DNA from: Patescibacteria group bacterium
GTDB lineage: Bacteria; Patescibacteriota; UBA1384; XYA2-FULL-43-10; 1-14-0-10-43-13
Assembly (NCBI GenBank): GCA_041671645.1
Contig: JBAZBD010000001.1
Coordinates: 265,357-329,356 of the forward strand
Length of the DNA stretch: 64,000 nt
Direction: 5' to 3'
Both the position numbers and the translations under genes were made by a program. This document shows, piece after piece, positions 9,688 through 17,075 of the stretch (position 1 is its first letter; each line of letters opens with the position of its first letter). The notes beneath the pieces were generated by a model. The model did no database searches. It saw only the letters and a list, made by a program, of their open reading frames with translations, and was not told the DNA's origin.

Positions 9688-11019
9688 ATGCGTATATTCG
9701 GAATAGTCGCGGAGCCAGGTATAGATATCTGGCTTGATATCATCGTGGCTCTAAGCCTGCAAGGTTATGCAGGACCGCGAGGATGCGGCTTCGGTCTTCG
9801 GACCAAGGCTGGTCTCCAGCTTTGGCACTCGGCTTTGGTAGCCGCCCAAGCCTTTGCGAGGATGTCCGCTAGCGAAATTTCGGGATATGTAGGCAATATT
9901 GGTATCGGTTGCAATTCAACGACCGGTGTCATGATGCCAATTCGTTTCTCAAATCTCAGCGGGGATGACATTTTAGTGGTTATCGACAGCAATGTTCAAA
10001 CTGCTAAGGATGTTGTTGAGCAAATGGAACGGGGGACAACATTACGTGATTCCGTCGAGATTGCGATGAGGAATGTCGTGGGACATTTTGCTTTGGTCGC
10101 AATGTCGAACGATGATGAGATTGTCTGCGGTCGAAACAGCGGGCTTATGCCCTTATCGATAAGCAAGATAGTCGGCGACCATGGCGTCGAGGCTATGTAC
10201 GTCTCGTCTTCAAGCAGAGTTCTCAACCGAGGCGTCTCGTTCGTCCGTAGCGTTATGCCTGGGGAGATAGCTGTTCTGAGCTGTAATGGCTTTATTGCCG
10301 AAGGTATCAACATAATTGAAAACCTCGGTTGCCCACTGGAGGGATTGTTTCATCTACCGCCAGGCGATCAATTCGGCGGAATTGGGGTTCAGGATATCCG
10401 TTATGCTACCGGGAGAGCTCTCGGTCATAATGTTTTGAGAGATCGCCCCGAAATTATTGATAAGAACTGTGTCGTCATAGCAATCCCTGATGGTGGCAAC
10501 AAAGTAGCCGAAGGATTAGCTTATCAGCTTGGAGTAAAGTTTTTGTCGAACTTGGCTGTTAAAAACCGCTATCCAGACAATAAAGGGATCAAAAACCTGA
10601 CCATTCGTGGAGTTGCAATTAGCAGCAAGTACACTCTAGCAGGTGCAATCCCGATTCGCTTGCCAGGAGTTGAGATGTTCAATGAGATGCTGAATGGAAA
10701 GAACGTGTTCCTTGTCGACGACTCTTTCTATTCTGGTTGGACATTCGAGCATTTTCTCTATCTTTGCAAGGAAGCTGGCGCTGATAAGGTGCATGGATTT
10801 GCACCAACAATTGCGGGTAGTCCGTGCTCTTACGGCAAGGATGCTCATCGTGAAGGATCAAAGGCGCGGGATCACACTGGTCAGATAGATCAGATAGCCA
10901 GGGATATCGGCCTTGATAGTTTTACAACACTTTCTCGTAGGGAGCTTATTGGGGCGATCAACACGCCGCAGAAGATACTCTGCACAGAATGCCTGTGCTT
11001 CTCGCCCCAGCTAGATTAG
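9688..11019 (+). CDS. PurF-like amidophosphoribosyltransferase homolog lacking the N-terminal catalytic Cys (glutaminase-dead paralog)
   Basis: The protein aligns by eye along its whole length with PurF: GNIGIG.., GHFALVAMSNDDEIVCGRNSGLMPL, MYVSSSS, VMPGEIAV, the PRPP loop KNVFLVDDSFYSGWT and C-terminal Cys residues. However the N-terminus reads MRIFGIV rather than MCGIVG. The start is assigned to the ATG after the AAGGGGGG RBS. Confidence 0.6.
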   Translation: MRIFGIVAEPGIDIWLDIIVALSLQGYAGPRGCGFGLRTKAGLQLWHSALVAAQAFARMSASEISGYVGNIGIGCNSTTGVMMPIRFSNLSGDDILVVIDSNVQTAKDVVEQMERGTTLRDSVEIAMRNVVGHFALVAMSNDDEIVCGRNSGLMPLSISKIVGDHGVEAMYVSSSSRVLNRGVSFVRSVMPGEIAVLSCNGFIAEGINIIENLGCPLEGLFHLPPGDQFGGIGVQDIRYATGRALGHNVLRDRPEIIDKNCVVIAIPDGGNKVAEGLAYQLGVKFLSNLAVKNRYPDNKGIKNLTIRGVAISSKYTLAGAIPIRLPGVEMFNEMLNGKNVFLVDDSFYSGWTFEHFLYLCKEAGADKVHGFAPTIAGSPCSYGKDAHREGSKARDHTGQIDQIARDIGLDSFTTLSRRELIGAINTPQKILCTECLCFSPQLD

Positions 11020-11047
11020 CTGGGGCAATTTTAATCCAAATTTTTCT

Positions 11048-11076
11048 TTGACAAAAATAAAGTAATTTGCTATGGT
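11048..11076 (+). promoter_or_regulatory. Putative sigma70-type promoter
   Basis: TTGACA - 17 nt spacer - TATGGT. Confidence 0.4.
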
Positions 11077-11128
11077 GAGTAAGTTAAAACATTATTAAAC
11101 CAGCTTGAATATTTAGATAAGTTATATT

Positions 11129-11149
11129 CGGGCTGCGGCCCGTTTTTTT
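11129..11149 (+). terminator. Rho-independent terminator/attenuator hairpin immediately upstream of tRNA-Val
   Basis: CGGGC-TGCG-GCCCG followed by TTTTTTT. Confidence 0.5.
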
Positions 11150-11151
11150 AT

Positions 11152-11228
11152 GCGCGCTTAGCTCAGTTGGTTAGAGCATCTCGTTTACACCGAGAGGGTC
11201 GGGGGTTCGAATCCCTCAGCGCGCACCA
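11152..11228 (+). tRNA. tRNA-Val (UAC), CCA encoded
   Basis: GCGCGCTTAGCTCAGTTGGTTAGAGC..., anticodon loop TTTACAC, GGTTCGAATCC T-arm. Confidence 0.8.
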
Positions 11229-11315
11229 GGGCGAATGGTGAAATTGGTATACACGCTACCTTGAGGTGGTAGTGGGAGCAATCCCGTGGAGGTTCAAGTC
11301 CTCTTTCGCCCACCA
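11229..11315 (+). tRNA. tRNA-Leu (GAG), class II, CCA encoded
   Basis: Acceptor and T-arm identical to the tRNA-Leu at 9503. Anticodon stem-loop CTACC-TTGAGGT-GGTAG. Confidence 0.7.
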
Positions 11316-11341
11316 ATCTTATTAGTAAGATTTCGATTATT

Positions 11342-11722
11342 ATGTTTGATAAGGCAACGTTATTTAGCCCAATACCTAGCCCGAATGCGCCATATTTCGT
11401 AGTGTTGGCAATTTCGGCAGTGATCGTGATACTGATGGCGACAGCAATATTGCTTTTCATCAAGAACGAATGGAGACGATTTGCCGTCAAATACGTTCCG
11501 CCATTTATGACCTTCGGTGTTCTTGGCCTGATTCACCTGGCGGCTCGATATGAAGGTCTGCCATGGCTTGCATCAAACATTTTCTTTGTTTCACTTCTGG
11601 CCATCTTCTCAATTTGGATCCTCGTTATAGCCGTTTGGAGCTTGAGAGCGATACCAAAATTTGCGAAGGAGCAGGAAGCGAACGAGAGATATGAGAAATA
11701 TTTACCAAAGAAAAAGAAATAA
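11342..11722 (+). CDS. Hypothetical membrane protein (about 3 TM helices, Lys-rich C-terminus)
   Basis: Hydrophobic segments. No recognisable domain. Confidence 0.45.
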   Translation: MFDKATLFSPIPSPNAPYFVVLAISAVIVILMATAILLFIKNEWRRFAVKYVPPFMTFGVLGLIHLAARYEGLPWLASNIFFVSLLAIFSIWILVIAVWSLRAIPKFAKEQEANERYEKYLPKKKK

Positions 11723-11766
11723 TATATATAGAAAATCCGGCGAACCCGGAATAGGAGATATTTAGA

Positions 11767-13050
11767 ATGACAGATGAAGAGAAGAAGGAAGAAGTAGTTG
11801 AGACAGTAGCAGAAGTCGCGCCAGAGGTTGTGAAACCAAAGCATTCTGGCAAGGACACGATGGAGAGCCTTATCGAGGAACTTGGCGATAAGCTTTTGCC
11901 ATTTGCTGAAGGCGATACCGTAGAAGCGGTTATTTTGGCCGTTTCTGGAAACAGAATCTGGGTCGACGTAGCTGGCCAGTCGCTTGGTTTTGTTCCTGAG
12001 AAGGAAATCACATCCAAAACTGGTATGAAGACAGGTGACAAGATTTTGGCCACCGTACTTTCGATGGAAGACGAGGATGGCAATGTTGTCCTTTCACTCA
12101 AACGTGCTGACAGAGAGAAATATTGGGCTGATATGGAAGCCGGATTCAAGAGCGGCGAGCCAGTTACAGTCAAGATCACTGATGCCAACAAGGGCGGACT
12201 TATGACTGATATTGGCGGAATCATGGGCTTCTTGCCCGTTTCACAGCTTGCTCCAGCACATTACCCTAGAGTTACTGGCGGAGACAAAGAAGAAATTTTG
12301 AGTCGTTTACGCAAATATGTCGGTACCGATTTCGTAGTCAAGGTCATCACTTGCGAGAGAGAGACTAGCAAATTGATCTTCTCCGAGAAGGCTGTTAAAG
12401 CTCAGGAAGTCAAAAACAAGATTGATAAATTCGCAGTTGGCGACAAAGTTAAGGGCAAAATTACCGGTATCGTTGATTTTGGTCTGTTTGTCTCTATTGA
12501 CCCTGAAATTGAAGCGCTTGTACATATTTCCGAAGTATCTTGGAACAGAGTTTCAGACCTCAACAGATTATTCAAAGTCGGAGACGAAGTTGAGACTATG
12601 GTTATCTCAGTTGAGGACGGTCGCGTTTCACTTTCTCTCAAGAGATTGCTTCCTGACCCTTGGGTCAAGGCCGCTTCCAAGTACAAAGTTGGCGATGTCG
12701 TCGAGGGTGAAGTGACCAAGATTACCCCATTTGGCGCTTTCGTCTCACTAGACGAAGAGATTGACGGACTTGTCCATGTCTCTGAGCTTTCTGTCGAAAG
12801 AATTGTAGACCCAAGCAAAGTTGTCGAATTGGGCAAGAAATATTCTTTCAAAATTATCTCTATCGAAGCAGAAAATCACAGACTAGGGCTTTCTATGAAA
12901 GTTGATTCCAAGGCTCCAAAAGCTGAAAAAGAAGAGAAAAAGGCCAAAGTAGAAAAAGTAGAAGAAGTTGAGGCCGAAGTCGAAGAGAAACCAAAGAAGG
13001 TCAAGAGAGTGAAGAAAACCAAGATCGACGACCTCGAAGAAATGGCCTAA
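11767..13050 (+). CDS. rpsA: 30S ribosomal protein S1
   Basis: Four to five tandem S1 domains (GDKVKGKITGIVDFGLFVSID, GDVVEGEVTKITPFGAFVSLD, etc.), an acidic N-terminus and a Lys/Glu-rich C-terminus. RBS AGGAG. Confidence 0.85.
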   Translation: MTDEEKKEEVVETVAEVAPEVVKPKHSGKDTMESLIEELGDKLLPFAEGDTVEAVILAVSGNRIWVDVAGQSLGFVPEKEITSKTGMKTGDKILATVLSMEDEDGNVVLSLKRADREKYWADMEAGFKSGEPVTVKITDANKGGLMTDIGGIMGFLPVSQLAPAHYPRVTGGDKEEILSRLRKYVGTDFVVKVITCERETSKLIFSEKAVKAQEVKNKIDKFAVGDKVKGKITGIVDFGLFVSIDPEIEALVHISEVSWNRVSDLNRLFKVGDEVETMVISVEDGRVSLSLKRLLPDPWVKAASKYKVGDVVEGEVTKITPFGAFVSLDEEIDGLVHVSELSVERIVDPSKVVELGKKYSFKIISIEAENHRLGLSMKVDSKAPKAEKEEKKAKVEKVEEVEAEVEEKPKKVKRVKKTKIDDLEEMA

Positions 13051-13078
13051 TTTAACGATTTAAGTACCTGGAGGAATA

Positions 13079-13567
13079 ATGCAGATAAAATACAAGGGTG
13101 ACGCGAAGTTCGAGATCAAGTCCAAAGACTTGGAAGTTATGCTCGACGGCAATATTTCGATCAACGGATTTAAGTTTCCTGGTCCAGGCGAATATGAGAA
13201 GGGCGGAGTAATCCTAAATGGTATTTCTGATGGAAGCAACACGATCTATACCGCCAAAATCGAGGATATGAATGTATGCTATCTTGGACGGATCAATCAT
13301 GAGCTTTCTGAAGAAGAGGCCAAGGGGATTGGCGATACTGACATTTTGTTCCTTCCGCTTGGCGAGGATGGCTCGGCTAATCTCAAAATCGCGCTCAAGA
13401 TTCTTTCAAATATTGACCCTCGCGTAGTGATCCCGATGCTCTATTCAGACCTCTCTGAATTCAAAAAAAGCGAAGGCTATACAGACGGCGAACTAGATGT
13501 GCTCAAAATCAAAAAGAACGAACTACCAGAAGAAGAGAGAAAGCTTGTCATCTTGCAAGCCAATTAG
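13079..13567 (+). CDS. MBL-fold (UPF0173-like) protein without an evident HxHxDH metal motif
   Basis: MQIKYKGDAKFEIKS... and DILFLPLGEDGSANLKIALKILSNIDPRVVIPMLY resemble short metal-dependent hydrolases of the beta-lactamase fold. The His ligands appear substituted. Confidence 0.35.
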   Translation: MQIKYKGDAKFEIKSKDLEVMLDGNISINGFKFPGPGEYEKGGVILNGISDGSNTIYTAKIEDMNVCYLGRINHELSEEEAKGIGDTDILFLPLGEDGSANLKIALKILSNIDPRVVIPMLYSDLSEFKKSEGYTDGELDVLKIKKNELPEEERKLVILQAN

Positions 13568-13573
13568 CAACAG

Positions 13574-13645
13574 AATTTCTAATTAATCTAATTGCTCTAA
13601 TTGACCTAAAATTTAGAAATTAGTAATTAGAAATTAGTAATTGGA
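13574..13645. repeat. AT-rich intergenic repeat array (TAGAAATTAGTAAT family)
   Basis: ...TTTAGAAATTAGTAATTAGAAATTAGTAATTGG.... The same family occurs in reverse orientation at 23552-23615. Confidence 0.5.
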
Positions 13646-13657
13646 GCGAAGCGACCC

Positions 13658-14617
13658 ATGGCCTCATCCACAAAACTCAAGCAAATTCTGGAGGACAAGG
13701 AGAGTTTCTTTTTGATATGCCATGTTGACCCCGACGGCGACGCCATAGGGTCAATCTTGGCTTTGGACGAATATCTGATCGGCCAGGGCAAGAAAACGAC
13801 CTTGCTTTGCCGGGACACTGTTCCCGATATGTTTACTTTCTTGCCGGGGGCAGTGAAAATTTCCATGGATTTTCCGGTTGATCCGCCAGGAGCGATTATT
13901 CTGCTGGACAACGGCGATTTTCGCAGGACTGGCTATCAGGAGGAGATTACAAGAGCGAAGAAATCGGGAGTTTCAATAATCAATATTGATCATCACCCGA
14001 AGAACGATTTGTGGAAAAAAGTGAGTCTAAACTATGCAGACGAGAGTCTATCCTCGACCTGCGAGGTATTATACGGAATTTTTGCAGACTTGAGCTCAAA
14101 TCTGACCTCAGCAATGGCGACCGCTCTTCTGACCGGTATATATTTTGATACCGGGGGATTCCGTCACTCCAATACGACAGACGAGGTCTTGTCGATCGCT
14201 TCTGATCTTCTGAAGAAGGGGGCACGACTTCAAAAGATCACCGAGAATATTGACAACTCACGCTCATTTTCACTTTTCAAACTCTGGGGTATTGCCCTTG
14301 AGCGACTACGATTGAATCGCAAGTATGGGATTTCGGTGTCCGTCATTACAGCGGAAGATATCGCGAAGGCAGGGGCGAGTGAAGAGGAGGTTTCTGGGCT
14401 TGTAAATTTGCTCAATTCGGCTCCAGAATCTGAAGTAGCAATGTTGCTTTGCGAAAGTTTTGATGCTAAAATCAAAGGCAGTTTACGGACGGAGAGCGAC
14501 AAAATCGATGTCTCGCGCCTTGCCAAACTTTTTGGTGGCGGAGGACACAAGAAGGCGGCAGGATTCACGATCGACGGTCGAATCAAGATCGTAGACAATC
14601 GTTGGACAATTATATAG
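13658..14617 (+). CDS. nrnA: DHH-family phosphoesterase NrnA (oligoribonuclease / pAp phosphatase)
   Basis: Motifs HVDPDGDAIGS, NIDHHP, GIYFDTGGFRHSNT and GGGHKKAAGF. Confidence 0.8.
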   Translation: MASSTKLKQILEDKESFFLICHVDPDGDAIGSILALDEYLIGQGKKTTLLCRDTVPDMFTFLPGAVKISMDFPVDPPGAIILLDNGDFRRTGYQEEITRAKKSGVSIINIDHHPKNDLWKKVSLNYADESLSSTCEVLYGIFADLSSNLTSAMATALLTGIYFDTGGFRHSNTTDEVLSIASDLLKKGARLQKITENIDNSRSFSLFKLWGIALERLRLNRKYGISVSVITAEDIAKAGASEEEVSGLVNLLNSAPESEVAMLLCESFDAKIKGSLRTESDKIDVSRLAKLFGGGGHKKAAGFTIDGRIKIVDNRWTII

Positions 14618-14651
14618 TTTTTAACTGGCAGTTTATTATAATTCCAGTTTT

Positions 14652-14684
14652 GACTTTCTACTTTTTACTTTTAACTTTATAACT
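14652..14684. repeat. WAAAGTY-family tandem repeats (reverse orientation)
   Basis: GACTTTCTACTTTTTACTTTTAACTTTATAAC. Confidence 0.45.
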
Positions 14685-14690
14685 TAATCA

Positions 14691-14775
14691 GCCCGAGTGG
14701 TGGAATGGTAGACACAAGGGACTTAAAATCCCTCGCCTAAACAGCGTGCCGGTTCGACTCCGGCCTCGGGTACCA
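14691..14775 (+). tRNA. tRNA-Leu (UAA), class II, CCA encoded
   Basis: Anticodon stem-loop AGGGA-CTTAAAA-TCCCT, long variable arm, T-loop TTCGACT. Confidence 0.75.
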
Positions 14776-14778
14776 TAG

Positions 14779-14808
14779 AAAAAACCTGGCTTTGTGCCAG
14801 GTTTTTTC
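14779..14808. terminator. Bidirectional rho-independent terminator
   Basis: AAAAAACCTGGC-TTTGT-GCCAGGTTTTTT. Confidence 0.7.
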
Positions 14809-14830
14809 TATGTAAAGATTTTGTGTAAAT

Positions 14831-15454
14831 TTATTTACTGATTTTGCTGAGTACTGTGTCGTCGATGAAGCCCATAATCTTGGATCCCGTTGGCTCATAG
14901 ACAAATAAGCCGACAATCAAAACTACGAATACAATCCAGATAATCCATGACATCGCGCTAGCTGGTTTTTTCGTGTTTTCTGGCAGCGGTGCACCCTCTA
15001 ACCGTGCGGCTTCAGGAGAAGCGCTAGGATAGATACCTGTTGCTCCGGTTTGCTCAAGGGTTGGCGGGTCGCTTGGTACACTTGTCGAAATCGGTGTAGT
15101 AATCACAGGATTTTGCGGAGTGGCAGGCGTTGGCTCTGGTATTCCCATCGGAGCTGGAGGTGTAGTAGCAATGGCTGGAGCAGGCTCTGGCCCTTTGCTA
15201 AATGAAATTTGATCCGATGGACCAGGAGTCGGCATTGGCGCAACTGGAGGCATCGGTGGGGCTGGCGCGGCCTGCGCTGGTGAGACAAAGGCTGATTCTA
15301 GGACGCCATGCGTCGTGTCTACTTCGGCGTCCTGCTCTGGTGCTGCGCTGGTGTCAGGCATGGTGTTTGAGGGCGTGGTTGCTACTGGGGCGGGAGCTGG
15401 GTTTGGAACAGTGTTGCTACTCTGGTTTTGACCATTGTTTGTAAGATCGTCCAT
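14831..15454 (-). CDS. Pro/Ala/Thr-rich protein with C-terminal TM anchor
   Basis: Low-complexity PAPAP-rich N-terminal two-thirds. A TM helix WIIWIVFVVLIVGLFVY lies near the C-terminus. Confidence 0.5.
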   Translation of the reverse strand: MDDLTNNGQNQSSNTVPNPAPAPVATTPSNTMPDTSAAPEQDAEVDTTHGVLESAFVSPAQAAPAPPMPPVAPMPTPGPSDQISFSKGPEPAPAIATTPPAPMGIPEPTPATPQNPVITTPISTSVPSDPPTLEQTGATGIYPSASPEAARLEGAPLPENTKKPASAMSWIIWIVFVVLIVGLFVYEPTGSKIMGFIDDTVLSKISK

Positions 15455-15548
15455 AATCCTCCTAGATAAATATTCTTCATTATTATAAACCGTAGAGATA
15501 TTTTTGCAACTATTTGTGAGATTCGGCCAAGTTTGTTAACATCAACTT

Positions 15549-16283
15549 ATGGATCATTGGCAAGAAAATGAATTTGAATCGCATCAGAAGGCGGCAAAAG
15601 CGCTGGACATGATAATGGCCGAGGCTTTTGATTTTATCCAGGAAAACGAGAATTCAGTCTCGGAGTATGATGTCCAGCAGAATATTATGAAAGGTTTTAG
15701 GCGAGCTGGGCTTGTCTCGGACAATGAGCCGCCGATCGTAGCATTCGGGCCGAACACTCGGCATGTTCATTATTTCCCGGGTCAGGATTCGAGGGTTCTA
15801 CAGGAAAATGATTTGATCATGATCGACATCTGGGCCAGTTTTCCAGGCCAAAATCCCTATGCCGATATTACTTGGATGGGCTATCGGGGTACCGAGATTG
15901 ATCCAGAAATCAAATTGAAGACTGACCTTGTTTTTGAGGCTCGCGACCAGGCAATTAAATATCTGAAAAGCTCGTTAGACAAAAATATCATTCCAACCGG
16001 CGAAGAAATTGATCGGGTCGCCAGAGACTACTTTGGAGAGTACGAAGCGAACTTCTTCCACACTCTTGGCCATTCGCTCGGATTTGATTCTCCTCATGGC
16101 AGACATGGTCGACTTGGAGCGGGGAACATCGATCCGCTTCTTCAAAATGTTGGTTACACGATCGAGCCGGGTTTGTATTTTGATCTGTTTGGCGCACGAA
16201 GTGAGATTGATTTTATCATTACTGAAAAGAAAAAAATGATAATTACGACAAAAGTTCAGAGCAAAATAGTGGTAATAAAATAG
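15549..16283 (+). CDS. M24-family metallopeptidase catalytic ('pita-bread') domain protein
   Basis: HTLGHSLGFDSPHG and IEPGLY resemble the HxxGHxxG...EP metal-ligand motifs of Xaa-Pro peptidases. The protein is short (244 aa, no N-terminal domain). Confidence 0.6.
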   Translation: MDHWQENEFESHQKAAKALDMIMAEAFDFIQENENSVSEYDVQQNIMKGFRRAGLVSDNEPPIVAFGPNTRHVHYFPGQDSRVLQENDLIMIDIWASFPGQNPYADITWMGYRGTEIDPEIKLKTDLVFEARDQAIKYLKSSLDKNIIPTGEEIDRVARDYFGEYEANFFHTLGHSLGFDSPHGRHGRLGAGNIDPLLQNVGYTIEPGLYFDLFGARSEIDFIITEKKKMIITTKVQSKIVVIK

Positions 16284-16320
16284 ACAGAAATTCTTCTTTT
16301 ATCGGAGTTTTTGTGATATT

Positions 16321-17010
16321 GTGAAAGAAATGAGGGGAATAAATATGATCAAAAGACACAAAGTTTCAATTTTCATCATTCTGATTTTCGCGGCTGTAGC
16401 TGCCTTCAGCACCTATATTTTCGTGCCAAAGTTTTTCGCAGATGAAGTTTATCCGCTCAAGTACTCTGAGTTTATCGTCAAATATTCAAAAGAGTACAAT
16501 GTCGACCCGGCTCTGCTGGCTGCTCTGATCTTCCAGGAAAGCCGCTTTAATCCCAAGGCTGTGTCTCCAGCTGGTGCACAGGGCATCGCGCAGTTCATGC
16601 CAGGGACAGCCAGGACGATGGCCAACGAACTTGGGCTCAAGACATATGATATTTTCGACGCCGAGACCGGCATTCGTTTTGCGGCTGCCCATCTTCGAGA
16701 CTTGCTCAACAAATACGACAACAACACTGATCAAGCTCTAGCTAGTTACAACGCTGGCACTGGCACGGTTGACCGTTGGGTCAGTCTCAACATCTTTGAG
16801 AAAATTATTGGTGGTAATTCCAAGACCGAGACAGTCAACTACGTCAAAAAGATCACTCGCTATCGGGATGTTTATCGCACGATGTATCCGGTTGAATTGG
16901 GCTTGACAGTACCAGTCGTCAGGACGGTGACTCAGGAAGATACCCAGGCTCAGATCAGAGGCTATATCTGGACCAGGATATTTAGTGATTTGATCACATT
17001 CAATAGATAG
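16321..17010 (+). CDS. Lytic transglycosylase (SLT domain), membrane-anchored
   Basis: N-terminal TM, then LAALIFQESRFNPKAVSPAGAQGIAQFMPGTA...SYNAGTGTV. Confidence 0.8.
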   Translation: MKEMRGINMIKRHKVSIFIILIFAAVAAFSTYIFVPKFFADEVYPLKYSEFIVKYSKEYNVDPALLAALIFQESRFNPKAVSPAGAQGIAQFMPGTARTMANELGLKTYDIFDAETGIRFAAAHLRDLLNKYDNNTDQALASYNAGTGTVDRWVSLNIFEKIIGGNSKTETVNYVKKITRYRDVYRTMYPVELGLTVPVVRTVTQEDTQAQIRGYIWTRIFSDLITFNR

Positions 17011-17075
17011 CCATAATGGATTACCCCAAAGGGGACCCTCCGGGTCGAATTTTCCAAATTACAGATACTATTATC
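17011..17075 (+). promoter_or_regulatory. Conserved twin-hairpin leader motif, copy A (upstream of alaS)
   Basis: CCATAATGGATTACCCCAAAGGGGACCCTCCGGGTCGAATT...AAATTACAGATACTAT. Hairpins are CCCC-AAA-GGGG and GACCC-TCC-GGGTC. It is about 80% identical to the copy at 34581. Confidence 0.5.

Noticed and set aside
11625-12224. 199-aa Ser/Thr-rich minus-strand ORF overlapping rpsA
   Set aside because: It is low-complexity antisense to the clearly identifiable S1 gene, so it is spurious.
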